Shown one piece after another: positions 15,320 through 29,331 of a stretch of 64,000 nt of DNA (the first letter of the stretch is position 1; the number at the start of each line of letters is the position of its first letter). The DNA is from Tubulanus polymorphus (Eukaryota > Animalia > Nemertea). The stretch covers positions 12,421,947-12,485,946 of the forward strand of contig NC_134030.1 of assembly GCF_964204645.1 (NCBI RefSeq), given 5' to 3'. The notes under the pieces were generated by a model. That model worked only from the letters and a program-made list of their open reading frames with translations, ran no database searches and had not been told where the DNA came from. A program made the translations under genes and the position numbers.

Positions 15320-16432
15320 ATGTTTAGCCGGCCGTGTAGTATACATTTCATGAGAATGGAAAATACATCATTGAACGCGCTATACTCCAATGTATCAGAC
15401 GTTACAACGGAAAGTGGAGGGTTTAAACCTCATCCTCGATGTAAGCACACCTATCATGCAGATCTCAAGCCGTTACACGAAAATCTCTATCTACGTGTGA
15501 TGAATTATATCATTTTCAGTATATCTGTTGCTGGTGTCTTTGCAAATTTGTTGTCTTTTGTCATTCTCACTAAAGAACGTTCGAGTAACACCAGTATATT
15601 CTATTTGAGATGTTTATCTGTTGTTGATCTGTTTACGTGTCTATCTTATGTGGCCATCGAATTTCAGTATCATCTGTATACTCACACCTTGTTACTGGAC
15701 ATGACCGCTAAATTCAACCACGATATGAAACGTCTTTATTCATATACACAAAATCTTAAATTCACATTCGCAACCATTTCTGACCTGATAACATTACTGG
15801 TAGCTATAGACAGATATATTGTAGTTTGTTGGCCTCTAAAAGCGGCCAAAATTATAAGAATTCAGAGAAGTTATATCTACGTCACCTTAGTATCAATAAT
15901 TTCTGTGAGCGACGTTAGTGGTAGAAACATGTTTAAGTTCACAACTCGCCGTTACCGTAATCCATGTAATGGACATGAAACTTGGCTGCAGAGGTACACG
16001 CATTTTGGTAAGAACATTTCTCTGAAATATTATGCGACATTTGTTCGGGCTCCAATATTTGTATTTATCCCGACAGTTATAATGGTTCTGATAACTATCC
16101 GATTGATTTTCACGTTGAGACGCGCAGGAGCAGCGAGAAAAACCATGATTACAAATACCCAAACTTCTAACAACAGCAGCAGCCGTAGTTTAACTTTGAC
16201 ATTAATCCTCATTTCATGTTTTTATTTAGTTAGACAGGTTTTTACTCTTAGAGCAACGATTGTTAATTTCATACGTATCCTTGGTGGTAAATATAAGAAA
16301 ATTTCGTATATTTTTCCTGTACAAAATTTAGTACGAATAATCGTAGCATCTTGTAATTTCTATATTTACTGCGCTTCGAGGCGTCGCTTTCGTAATCAAT
16401 TTCGAACAATGTTTTACTGTCCCGAAACTTAA
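15320..16432 (+). CDS. Single-exon rhodopsin-class GPCR, FMRFamide/peptide-receptor-like (370 aa; start could be M11 or M13)
   Basis: Seven hydrophobic segments; LSVVDL in TM2, AIDRYIVVCWPL (DRY), FIPTVIM in TM5, SCNFYIYCASRRRFR in TM7/helix 8; N-terminal sequons NTS and NVS. Confidence 0.9.
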   Translation: MFSRPCSIHFMRMENTSLNALYSNVSDVTTESGGFKPHPRCKHTYHADLKPLHENLYLRVMNYIIFSISVAGVFANLLSFVILTKERSSNTSIFYLRCLSVVDLFTCLSYVAIEFQYHLYTHTLLLDMTAKFNHDMKRLYSYTQNLKFTFATISDLITLLVAIDRYIVVCWPLKAAKIIRIQRSYIYVTLVSIISVSDVSGRNMFKFTTRRYRNPCNGHETWLQRYTHFGKNISLKYYATFVRAPIFVFIPTVIMVLITIRLIFTLRRAGAARKTMITNTQTSNNSSSRSLTLTLILISCFYLVRQVFTLRATIVNFIRILGGKYKKISYIFPVQNLVRIIVASCNFYIYCASRRRFRNQFRTMFYCPET

Positions 16433-17059
16433 CAAAAAATATTTTAAATATTAAATGAACAAATTAATGTAATAGTGGCAAAGCAGCAATAACGAGTTTT
16501 CTGCCTGGAAGCATCATTGATATGCAAACCTTTGGGAATTTTAGAAATGAAAAAAAAAAATGTTTGTTGGTGAGAATTTGAACCTGATCTAACCAATGAT
16601 TTTTGAATGATTTAACCAATCGAAAAAGTCCCACAATTCGAATTTGTATGTCAAAACTCATTATTTTGAAACCACATTATTTTGTGGTTTCAAAATAATA
16701 TTTAACATATAAAATTCGAAATGTGGGCTACGATTATCTCGAGGTACACGGATTAGAGTGTGTCATTCCATGGACTCTAAAGTAAAAGTCCATGGTCATT
16801 CGAAGTCCTACTGATATGACTAATATCACACCATAAGATCCCATATATAAATTAATTTCGACATGACATGCAAATTGGAATAAAGATAGAAGAGCAAAAA
16901 TAGTTTAGGACGAGCGTTAATTGTGGATACCGTAGATTTATGTCTGTGTTCATGGGATTGGGCAAAACAGCATAAAAGAACATTACGAAAAGGCTGAACG
17001 GAAAACACGACTGTAAGACTTCTGATGGAGTCGTGCTCTGGCATGTGAGCCCTATCCAC

Positions 17060-17067
17060 CCGGAAGT
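17060..17067 (+). promoter_or_regulatory. ETS/GABP-type motif CCGGAAGT in the putative GPD1 promoter
   Basis: Exact consensus ~165 bp upstream of the GPD1 ATG; common in housekeeping promoters. Confidence 0.4.
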
Positions 17068-17227
17068 AAATGCACAGTTAGACTGGTCGCCGCTCACCAT
17101 GAAGTATCGATTTTTATTGAGAAGTATATTCAATTACAATCGCTGTCACTATCAACAACAACATTGTCACCACCAGTTCACTACTCGTTGTTTCAGTTGC
17201 TTCAGCCAGGTATCTTCATCAGTTCAT

Positions 17228-17274
17228 ATGTCGTCAGCGGTCAACAAAGTTTGCATTGTCGGATCTGGCAATTG
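17228..17274 (+). CDS. GPD1: Glycerol-3-phosphate dehydrogenase [NAD+], cytosolic, exon 1
   Basis: MSSAVNKVCIVGSGNW (Rossmann GxGxxG start); donor TG|GTAAAT, phase 2. Confidence 0.95.
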
Positions 17275-19407
17275 GTAAATGTTTTTTATTTTTATAATCT
17301 TTAAACCGCAAAAACAATCCAAAACAAACTCTCATTTAATTGTCATATTCCACAGAGGGGCACGTATCAGAGTTGTAGATTAACCCGGCTCGATTAACCT
17401 TGTATATAAGACGCCACGACTTCATATTTATGTTCCAGAATAACAAACTCTTAAGTAGCCAATTGACTTAGTCTAGTACCTAGCCGTTGTTCCTCAAACA
17501 ACGTCTAGGGCGAAAGTGCTCATATAAGGTTAATTTTTGTCCCTCATTTTGAGGGACGAGGCTTTGAGCGTCTATTTCACCCCTTCAAACAACATCAATT
17601 TACCTCAAACAGACTGTTCTGTAATCAGATCTGGAAGTAGTCAGTAACCTGTCTGAGGTTTAGTTTCACAATCGGATATTTTCACAAACCACAGTCAGGA
17701 ATGGGAAGGTCATTTTTGTATGAAATCTTCGTCAGCCAATTTGACTGACGAGTAATTTGCCTGGCATTTCATTGTCTCTTAAGATATCCGTCTAATTTTT
17801 GTTGTAATCGACGCACAACAGATTCGTAGTTTGTCTGATACCTATAACACCTCACCTGACGATCTTAATCCATGTGCAAATCGGCCGTAAAGTGAGAGTA
17901 AATTTCCGTCGGGTCAACAGCTGCCATTTTGAAAATTACTGGAGGTGCTGGCACCTGTGGACTGAGGCCAGGACAACAGCACAAACTAACGAAGCGAAAC
18001 GACGAAATTGAAAAAAATTAAGAAATCAACACTTATTCACATTTTTCTTTTACCAGAATTTATTATTTCATTATTTATTATGGAAAATACGAAGATTTGA
18101 AAAATAAGTTGGAAAACCATCAAAAATAAAAATTGTCGTTTCGTCTTGGAAGTTTTCTATAAATCCTTGTAGGTCCCCTTGTCTTATCATGCCACATGTG
18201 CAATACAGAGAAATGGCGGCCAATGGCGAAATTGGTGGAGAAATTAATTAATTTCTCAAAATAATGTTGATTAACCACTCGAAACATACATAAAATTGGA
18301 TTATTTCGAAAGGTACCTGTGTTAGTTTGTGAATTAAGCCATTAATTGTGGACTGAAGTGAATAGAAAGTATATTTTTGAAGTGTTACTTTTTTCAACTG
18401 TGTTTTGGTGCTTGTCATCCCTAACGTTGGTATAAGCCCATCCGATTATAAAAAGCTTACCACCAACGATTAGGTAACTAACTAATCTGGAAGTTAACTA
18501 TTGTTTGTGAATAAATTTGTAATCCAAAGTAGCTATTGACGATGGTAGTAGCGCAAAACTTTTTACTAGTCGCCTCAAAAAACAATTGAAGTGAAGTGCC
18601 ATAACAAATATGGCGGCTTTTTGTGGTGCATGATGGGAGTGTGAATTACGGATTCAGACTTAAACTTGGACTGACATTGATGCCAATGCAAATATTATTC
18701 TTGTTTCAAATTCTTAAGATTAATGTTGACCAAAATTTATGCATTTTATCAACAAAAAATAACATTTAGAGTAATATTAGAGAGACATATTGAATTTTCA
18801 CATTTTATTAATTTAGTCCGTATTGGAAATCCCGATAGTGGCAATCAATTCAAATCAAATCAATAGATTCTCCGGTTGGCGATTTAAATCAAGAATTTTA
18901 TTATAAAACACGTTTTCAAAGTCAACAAGGTAACTTATTTATTTTATTTATTTTAGTACAAAGGTTTGATTTGACACTTAAATCAGTTGTTGCATTGCAA
19001 TTAACAGGAGTTAACCGCTATATGATACTTTAGCGTCAGACGTTGTAGGGAACCGGTAACAACAACTGGTATTGAGACTACCAATTGACTTTGCATATGA
19101 AGATTAGTAAAGATGCGGTTTGAAAACTACTGAAAATGATGCATTACAACCATTGGTTATTTTGAAGATGATTAGGCCTATAGGCCTAGGCCTACAGGCT
19201 TTCCATCACTGTATCAATTTGGTCAATCATTGGTCAAAAGTTTGACCTTTGACCCCCTCAAACTATAGGTGGCGCTATAGTACAGCGGACGTTCTGATAC
19301 AAGTCGGAGATAAAAGTCGAACATCGACGGACGTTCTGCGGTCTAATGGGTTTATGTAAAAACGATATTCTATTTATCAAATGTCTATAATGTCTATTAA
19401 ATGATAA

Positions 19408-20810
19408 GTGGGCTCCGTTCACTTTTCGTCCGTCCGTCCGTCCGTAGACGAATCCAGTTATTTTGGGAAGTTTTGAAGATGCTTCAAGGTAATGTCTTGA
19501 TATTTGGTTTATACATGTATCTACCCTAGGCACATTGTCCGCCCAAAAACTGGCCCTGTCAGAATCAAGATGGCCGACTGGCAGCCATTGTTGTTCGCCA
19601 AAATCAGCACTTTTTACACGTTTTTGAACTTTTTGAGGGAAATTTAGAAAACGCCTTGATCAATTACCTTGATCTTTCGTATATTTTCCCATTTCTCATT
19701 GCAACTGCTGATGGGTATTCTTTGGAAAGGGATGTTTTATACCTGAGACAGGTATTTTTGATCAGCCAACTATGACGCAATTGGCGGCCATCTTGGTGTC
19801 ATCAGTACTCATTCATAAGTGGGAAAAAGTTTTTCGACATTAGTATTGATACCTAAGCATAATACATAAGCATATTTTAAGCAAAATATGCTTATCCTTG
19901 GGATGACTAAATGTGCTCAGCGCATACTGAATAGATGAACCAGCGGCCTCAATTTTTCAGTCACCTACTGAGGTGAAAGACTTTATCATCATAACTTATC
20001 TAAGTCACCATAATATTTTGCAAATCAAAATTAACGAAGACTTGTTAAGCCTAACAATATACGGCGGAAAATTGTCTAGAGCAAACTATCGGCAATCGCT
20101 GTGGTACACAAAAATTACTGGATTTAAACTAGTTGATTACGGCCCCCAAATGTATCTGAGCACCTAGAAATATCAATTTTTCCAGGGATTGCCTCCAGTC
20201 CAACGACCCCCCCCCCCCGTTCCTAATGTAGGCTTGCGGCGTCACCGGTGCTCATTTTCTGAACACCGCCCTTGCTTTGATTTCAACCCAGCGAGAACAC
20301 TGCTTTGGTTTTTGTATTATGGTCACCAGGGGGCGTTGAATAGTGGAATATCTTCAGAATTTCCATATTGTACTGGTACCTCATCCTCCCTCTGCAGGGA
20401 CTCGAACCTGATGGCATCGCTACACTCAGCCACGGCACGAACCCCTGCATCAGTAGACCGGGTGCGCAGGTACATGCGCAGCTTTCCGAACGAAAACTGG
20501 CGGCACCAATCAGATTGCTCGTTGTATAATCGTTTCAAGGAAGAACTATAAATGGGAAAACCCGGGCTAGAATAAAACGGGATTTCTGATTGGCTAAAAA
20601 TCACATCATCTGAACTGCGCATGTATCTGCGCACACGGTCGATTAAGGCAGGGTTTCGTGCCGTGGCAATCTCGATGCCATCAGGTTCGAATCCCTGCCG
20701 GGGGAGGATGCTGGTACCTAGGCATATTTTCTTGCCACAATCGATTTGAAAATTGTAGCTCATGACATGTTGTATGATCGTGGTGTGTTTCAATGTCATT
20801 GGTATCAGTA
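19408..20810 (+). mobile_element. Degraded copy of Helentron/DINE-1-like (HINE) family A, interrupted by other insertions
   Basis: (GTCC)n microsatellite and body homologous to 29332-30510 and 61616-62860; one satellite unit with CACCAGGGGGCG at 20324. Confidence 0.8.
20382..20710. mobile_element. Mutator/MULE-like MITE, ~100-135-bp TIRs, 9-bp TSD CTGGTACCT
   Basis: CATCCTCCC...GGGAGGATG inverted arms; CTGGTACCT at 20373-20381 and 20711-20719. Confidence 0.85.
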
Positions 20811-21392
20811 TGGGCACCTATATTCACGTGAAGGCATTGAATATATATACAAATCAGCTTTATTTTTCAAATATTTCAACAAAGGTTACTGGTTACAACC
20901 CAAAATTCTTACTTATTGAAAGTGAACTGGTACCCATGCAATCTATGATCTAGGGTTTAATCCTTTTGGGATACTTCTATTGCCTGAATTCTGAGTGCCC
21001 TATGTTTAATCTGCCTTGAATTGTCCCTGACAGGCCTTGTCACAATGTACGTGACTGGGGTTAACAGCTGATGGCCCAGGATATGTATAGCCTTCTGACT
21101 TAAGGGTAGAAGTTCATCAATTAGCGGCAGGTTCAAACGAACTCAGCATTCAAGCCTGCATTCTATTGCATGCTGTGTTATTTAGTTGAAACATTGATAA
21201 CCATGCAGTCGGCTGTACATTAATCCTCAAAATACTGTTTGCAGGTTTTAAAAGAAAGTTTGATAGATTTGATCAGGCCTTTCAGGCATTTTATCAATTC
21301 CCTAATGGGCATAGGGTCTGGGGCCCTTGCTTTGATCGATATATGCCAATATGTTTCGTCTGATTTAACAAATGATTCTTTATTTTATGCAG

Positions 21393-21570
21393 GGGCTCGG
21401 CAATAGCTAAGATAGTGGGTAATAATGTTGCCAAGGATCCCACATTTGAGAAAAATGTCAGCATGTATGTTTACGAAGAAATGATCGAAGGACGTAAACT
21501 AACTGATATCATTAATACTGATCACGAGAATCTGAGGTACCTACCTGGAATTAAACTGCCAGAAAATGTG
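21393..21570 (+). CDS. GPD1: GPD1 exon 2 (178 nt)
   Basis: TATGCAG| [11 protein letters not shown]...[16 protein letters not shown] |GTAAGA. Confidence 0.96.
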
Positions 21571-23163
21571 GTAAGAAGTATAACATTATTTTATTCTTTA
21601 GTTAGGCTATCAATGCTGTTAGAACTTTGATTAAGATATGTCTCGAAATAAGGGATTTAGAATTTGCAAAACTGTAGTTTATAGACATTGACATAGCTAT
21701 GGAAGGGTTGCAAAAAAATCCACCCCCAATCCAGGAGGAGAGGGGTCCACTGGATGGAGTTATTTTGGGGAGTTTGAATGCAATAACTCCCTGTAGCTTA
21801 AAGCAATAAGATTCAAAATTTTGTGTTACCTTAAGCCGCAATCACACGGAGACGATTTGGCACGGGCGGATCAGGCTTGGGCCAAATTTGGCCCGTGCCT
21901 AATTAGAGAACATAATTGCGTTCACACGCAAACCATTCACTCGATACTAAACAATGCTAGAATAAAACAAAGTGAATCATTTCCGGTGCCAGTTGCAATT
22001 CAAACGCAATCATTTGTCTGATGCTAAAATATGCTTCAGGCCCATTTGGCACCCATGTGAACAGTTGTTCCGGTCCAAATTAAGCACGGGCCAAAAATGC
22101 TTGTGCGATCCAAGCTTTACTGATACTCTGTCCATTCCCTGTATCCAGCAATGTGATTCTTTTTACCGATGTTACTGAGTGCCAATTGTATGAAATGGTC
22201 AAATTTTAAGATTTTTAATATTCAAAATGGCCTGCCTTTCAAACAGCCTTGAGTATCCTGAAATTCAGACTAGGGTATGATCACTGTTTACATGGAGTGA
22301 TTTCTTGAGTTCAGGGTTAGATCCAGGTCATATTCCATCATGCATTCCATTACACAGTGAGTGAGTGTCCTTTTCCCCCTGAAAGTGCCCTTATGAATTT
22401 CTGTCATATTCTGTAAAGTGAAATGTTTGGAATTATTTAGATACTTCAATGGCCATAAAATGGTGCTCTGACTCTGTGCAGAATATAAATGTTTTTCAAA
22501 GTTGGATATTTACAGTCTCAAATGACAACATTGTTTCATTCTGCATTAGGCGACGGCCGATAGCATGTAGGCTAGTCTTTGATTTTGCTAGTCGTGATCA
22601 AAAAAGATTCAATGGTCATCTTGATAGTGTTACACTGATAAAATCTTTTCCTCAAATTCTTCAACGAGGTAGAACTTAACTACTTGTTCAGCGCTGCCAA
22701 CCATTTTGATTTTTCCATAACCATTCCATGTAATCGTTTGAAAATATGCTGTTCAGTTTTCAGAAAATTGCTTCAGAGTTTTTTCCACCAGAAAATAGCC
22801 TACTGAAAAAAATTGAACGGATTAAATCTATTTTTATGGCAAATTACTTCTTTTTCCTAATCTAAGCTTCTCAATCATACTTGTAAGTTCAGCTGGGATT
22901 TTGGTCTGACGATCAACAATCGCTATCCTCATAGCAACCAGTGGACAGGTCTTCATCTGGTTTCTCTGACACTGTACTATTGCGCCATCAATATTAATTG
23001 ATGCAAAAGCAGTAGAAAACCCTTGTGTCGGTTGTTTCAGATTTTTAGCTTATGAATGATAAATTTGGCTTTTAAATTTGTACTTAGCAGGTTTTTATCG
23101 TTCATATAATCTATTCCCTATATTTGAATGTGGCTATTGTACCACTTGTGAATATGTTTTTAG

Positions 23164-23304
23164 ATTGCAATTCCTGATGTGACTGATGCTTGTAAAGATG
23201 CTGATATTCTGGTATTTGTGCTTCCTCATCAGTTTATTCGTGGCATCTGTCAGGCTATGAAAGGTCATATTAAACCAAATGCAATTGGTATATCATTAAT
23301 CAAG
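23164..23304 (+). CDS. GPD1: GPD1 exon 3 (141 nt)
   Basis: TTTTTAG| [47 protein letters not shown] |GTAAGA. Confidence 0.96.
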
Positions 23305-26300
23305 GTAAGATTTATTTACAGACCTGTATGATTTATGCTGATTTATGTAACTCCAAAAAGAAAATGAAATTGGCATATTAACTCATTATCATTGTAGCCT
23401 TCATAAGATTTGAGATACCGGTAACTTATTAGATGTTGAGTAGGCATATCAAGAACAGCTAGGCCTATACATCAAGTATACCATTGAATTTAGACTGAGC
23501 GTAGTCTTTTTTGACGCCTTATAAAACATTACCATTATGAAACCTGAACAATGTTAATCATTCGGCATCATTTTACAAACGACAACCCCCACCACCCCCC
23601 CCCCCCGACAACCGTAAATTGATGTGCAAAACGTCACAGGTATATGTGTACACATAGGCCTTCAAGCTATTTGGCAAAATATTATTGATAAAGATGTAGA
23701 ATGGCTTTCTGTGATAATATAAGGCGCTCTATTTGAACGTCGAAATGTAATATTGCATTGAATATCATTAGAAGACATATCGTAATAGTAAAGGATGTAT
23801 GATTATATCAGAAGTGGCAGGCATGAATAGAAATCATAAGTAAATCGCATTATTCGGTCAAAATGGCGGATGTATACACGATTTGGAAGTCAGATAGGCC
23901 TATAGAAGTAAGACCCTGACATGGGGATGCTGGTGGAAGAACGAAACTATCTACGATCTGTGTAGGGCCGGTGTGAATTTCATCGGCGGCTACAAGCGGT
24001 CAATATAAAATTGTGTAAACATTTTTATAATTGCAATATTCAAATGTTTTAGAAAATATGTTCGATATTAGGGGTATGCAGGTTTCATGAGATTAGCAAT
24101 TCATAATAGCATAGCTGTCATTTAGGCTCCGCGTCCTCTGATGGCATGACTGTATTAGGTGACAATTCCCTTGGGTGCCCTCATTTTACTGGAAAGTACT
24201 TCTTTCCAAGTCCAAAAGTCTCTCCTTTCTGGGCTAAAAATGCCGAAAAAGTCCTTCTTAGTACTTCTTTTTATCCTGGCCTTACCACTGGAAACCCTGT
24301 TAAATGAGGGCACACACAATTTAAGAAATAAATTGATGGGTTGCTAGTGGTTTTCTGGTAATGGTGTTCAGAGGATATTTTTGGATCTCTCTGCCACTCT
24401 TTTGGGCTTACAATCAAAAATATGTCCCCATTACGATTGCCCCATTTTGCCTGATTGATAATTTAAAAGAAACAGTGATAAAAGACAAATTCTATCTTGC
24501 GATATATCGGTTAATACTTAGGCCCCTAATATATAAAAAGTTATATTGCCTATGCCAAACTATAGCAGCTGGTGTGTGTGTGTGATTCATTTTCATGCCA
24601 ACAGTATCCCTTCTAATTTCTTACTCTATTCCTATACAACAGAGATCAATAATCAATCTATGTTACGGAAATATACGCATTTGGCATTTGTTAGATTAGA
24701 AATTTCTGACAAATGTATCTACTAGTATGCCGTAGTATTTAATAAGTATTAATATTATAAGTATGAGCACAAGTAGTAATAGTATTTTTTAAGTATGCCA
24801 TAGTATTTAAAATTTGAATTTGAAAGTTTATGTCTAGTTACTAATGACGCTAACTAGCAGTCACAATTTGTACTATGCATATGCGGTCTCTGATGGGCTG
24901 GAATTCTTGCACTCAGTTCCGTCGCTTCGTAGGTGAGCTCAGGTTGGTTGTATAGTGAGAATATTATATCATTCATTGTACAGGTTTTTAGACACCGCGT
25001 TCTTCCTTTTATAGCACCCTGAGATTTCCGCATTGCACAGGGTAGCTACGTTAAAAATCCTTAAATCGACGATCAGGAACCAACGACGAGAAAACGTTCT
25101 TAAAACTTCAAACCTTAAATTTCACTTTATTTTCTTCGATATATCGGAGAGATGAGGCTGGATATCCAACCCGCTCAAAAGCTACAACTCGAATCTCTGA
25201 TTTCTTTCAAAAAATTTTCAACTGGGATACTATTACATAAGACACCAAGGGTGGCAGAGACCAGAAGGCAGTTATCAAAACAATACAAACTGACTGACAC
25301 TTCAAAACTGACTGACACCCTGCCCCCTTAGTAACATCAATGAAAATAAGACAATATTTTGTAAAATAAGAAATAGAAATCATAAACTAGACCTAAAAAT
25401 GCTCTGTTAATTTAGACTAAATTTAGTTAAATATCTACGCTGTTATAGTTGTATTCGGAAGCAACTGTTGGACTACAGTAGGCTGTATAAATAGAAAATG
25501 GGCAACTAGCTGGGTACAGTGTGTCTGGCTGCCATCATAAGCCAGCTTGTGTCGAGCAGATATGATTGCAAGTGGTGTCCTACCATAGGCCGCTAGTTGC
25601 GATAAACCTAGTTGCATCGGTAGGTGTCTAGTCGCAGGTTGACATAAGCCAGCCTTAGAGGAAAGAGCATGTTATGGCATTTTTTCGAGATGATGGCAGC
25701 AGTGGTCTTCAAAAGCCAGACAAAGTTCGTAGTCATGAAATATCCATTACCCCTAAACATGGTTGATGGTTATATTATTGGCATGTTTAGATCCTTAAAA
25801 CTCACTTTCATTGAATTGTGTGTTTTAGGACGTCTAAGCTGAATAGCTTTTATTCAGATATGTCTTGGCCTAATCTGAACAAGTTTTATATTATTGTTAA
25901 AGAATAGAGACTTATATGATATCCTAGAATTGCTATATATTCAAGTCGTGAATTTGAAAAAATGTTATAGAACATTTTTTTGGCTGATGAAGTCAATCTG
26001 AAGTGTGCCAATCCAGTCGACGTCCATGTGGCAACGGCCATGAGTAGTCTATGGATACTAGTACCGGTATTAGATGACCGTTTCATCAGCTGTGGATGAC
26101 GCCTTAAATCGAATTGACAGAATTGAGTTGATTTGGTTACGAACTAAAACAGTTGACATTACATGCAGACTCGAATGAAGAAATAGATACTAAGGCTTTA
26201 AGCTGGCAGCTGCTGACAAGGTACCATCCTGTATTATAGCAAATTGGCAGCTGACTGCTGTGGTAATTACTGTCCTGTATTGCAACTGTGCACGGTATGG

Positions 26301-29300
26301 AAATAGACCTAAGCCTTCGACCAATGTCCTAGACTGTTCATGTTCTTGGTATCACCTCAGGAAGAAATTGGACGTTACATTATTGGGTTCATGTTAAATT
26401 TGTGTGTTGTGGGCTTATGTGAAAATGTCTGGTTTATGATTCTAATTGCAACATTTATTCGGGGCTATAGAATCTTCACCAGTTCAACAAAGAATGAGAC
26501 GCATGGATGAAATAAACTTTTCAATTCCACTTAAATATTTCATAAAGAAATATTTGCCTCCTTCAATTATTAAGCATATTTGATACATTTCTATTTACTT
26601 ATTGGCCATTCAAGATTTGTTCATTAATATGCTAGATTGCTGACCTGAGATCATGCCTTTGAAACATGAAACGTGACCTTAAGATTTAAAGCCTATTGCT
26701 GAAATAAACAGATTTTGGTGTAGGACCTATGATAGATGCTGGCCTGCCCTTGTAACATATGTTGTACCTATTGGATGTAGGCCTGATTAATTCAGGAGTT
26801 GAATACAAATATTGTTGCAAATATTATTATAAATGTAAGGGTGTCAGCTGCAGTTGTTAGGATACTCCCAATTTGGAGCAGTGGTTAATTTTGTTCAATA
26901 TCCAACCTCCTTGATACTTTAGGGCGAAGGATTTTACTATATGCATAGGCACAGCATGACTTCGTGCTATTCAGTATATGCATGTGCCAATTTTTTCCTT
27001 TTGTTTAATGACATATGTCGTTAAGTGTCATATTGAGCAATGAGAGAGATTTTGTGCACAGATTCGAGGAGAATAAGCGATCAATTTTGTATGTTCACTG
27101 TATAGTGTGGTTGCCTTATTAAGAAAATTTTTAGAAATTGTAGACTAACGATAGACTTGAACTGTTTATGGAACGTTTTGCCCAAATTGTTCAATTTATT
27201 TCTATTTGTAAAAATGGGCTCAACATTTGCACGTCAACAGCCAACATAGAGATATGAGGCATTCGATGTTCGATGTCTGTCGCGGTACGAACAGAATCGC
27301 CAATGACGGATCACACTAATTAGCGTCAACAACCGACAACAAGCATCCTTGAGCGTCAACGGGTCCGGTGCATCAAAAATCGGCAATTAATATAAGCATT
27401 TTAGATTACAGATTTTAAGAATAAAGATTTGGCAATGTCCAAAGGGCGCGATAGTTCAATTCCATGAAACTTTTTATTATACGGTTGTATCCAAGACTGG
27501 TTACCGGTCTCTATCTTCCATAAGCTTATTGAATGAGCATGACAACCAGTCTAATACTCATACGGATTGAGATATAACGTCATCATTTGTCAGATTGAAT
27601 CCTAGCAATGGAAATTTGGTTTGTTTGGAGTCCGACATTTATTTGACGTTTGTTCAATTTCATTAATATTCCGTCAGTACAGAGGTACAACATTGATACG
27701 GAAGTTCAAAATCCGTTGCGTTAGGCAGTCGATTACTGATTGAATTATGTCAGGCAGTCAAATAGCATCGTACGGACATCATATTGATCGTATGCCTGTT
27801 GAATGCCTCACTTCAGGGGGGGGGGGGGGGTTGGTCGATTCAGGTCATTCATTGATACCTGCTCTAATGAACCGCTGAGGAAAAATAAAAAGTTTGTTAT
27901 ATCCGAGTTCATTAGATCTATTTAACATCATTTATGAATGAAAAGAGAACACCCGAAACACAAACCAACTGGTTTCATTAGAGTAGCCACTGCAAACCAT
28001 TAATTCATATATGATCTCAGGTAACTTTGAGTGGCATCTATACTATTAAGCAGAACAGACGGTATTTACTGCAACACATTATAGGGAAATTGATGCATGT
28101 ATTGAAACGTCTTTTTATTGATGCTTAACACCAGTTTTTCCCGTCATCAAGTTACATGTTTCAAACAGATTGGTGGTCCGAGGGAGTCACAATATTCATT
28201 CTAAGCCCGGGCTAAAATTCGGTTAAAAGGATGTGTTCGCCATCTAACAGTAAAGTACCGTACTATGCTTCTGTAGTAGTACTATAGTAATTTACTGACC
28301 TGCAGCATCAGAACAGTACATGATGACCCAGTTCTCTCAACACTGATTTGTGCCTCAGGTTGTTAAAAACATTGGTTAAGACATTCATCACACGTAATCT
28401 TTGGATAAAAATTAATATGATTGGACTTAGCGATATGTTCTGACCGTGTTGCCTGCCCATACGCAGCGTCTCAGAATGGTTCTTTAAGGGGGACAGGCCC
28501 ATTGCGCAGTTTTTCAGAATGGTTCCATACCACAGATATGATGTAAAACTTTGTACGGAAAGGGGGTCAAAGATAATCTATCATACAAACAAATACATAC
28601 CCAAGGTCAGAGACCCAAACAATAGACACACGTGCATTAACACCTGTGGCCATGTCTGAGGTAGTCTAGTTTGACATTTCACATATTAATGGAATCATTC
28701 GAAGTTCCCCATGTGATAGAAAATTTTCAATTAAATGTCCCTCAATTTAAGCACAATATCATGCAATTCATTGGTTGAATGGCGAGGCATTTTAAATGAA
28801 CGTACGGGTGGTGTGGTCAATATAGAAAGTACGAAGATCGAACGAGGAGGGGCCTAAAAATGGCTGGGGCAGAATTTACTGTTAGTTATTTGAATGACAG
28901 GTTTTGTACCACAGACAGGTCAGATGGGTAGGGGGTGTGGGGTTGGTTCCAAGAACTCTAAACACGTGAAGCATTTAGATTCATTTCCCGGCCAATTAAT
29001 GAATGATTTTCGTTAGCAAAAAATAACAGGATTCTGCATTTATGCGCCGTCCATCGGACGAGCATTCAGATAGTATAGTCATATAATGCACGTGTGTAAG
29101 GATTAATTCCAGCTATTTGTTTCAGAGCTTAGACCATGATTCTTAGACCATGATTTCAGATTCATTACAAGCTAACTGGTTGAATAAAGTGGTTGAATAC
29201 AAGCTAACTGGTTGAGTAAATCACATTTTTCATTCGCGTCACTCCCCGGAGATGCGACGGAATGAGAACAAGGAAATGAATGTGCCGGTTGAAACGTCTG

Positions 29301-29331
29301 AATAATGTCAAACTTCAGGGCGTTTGGTCCC

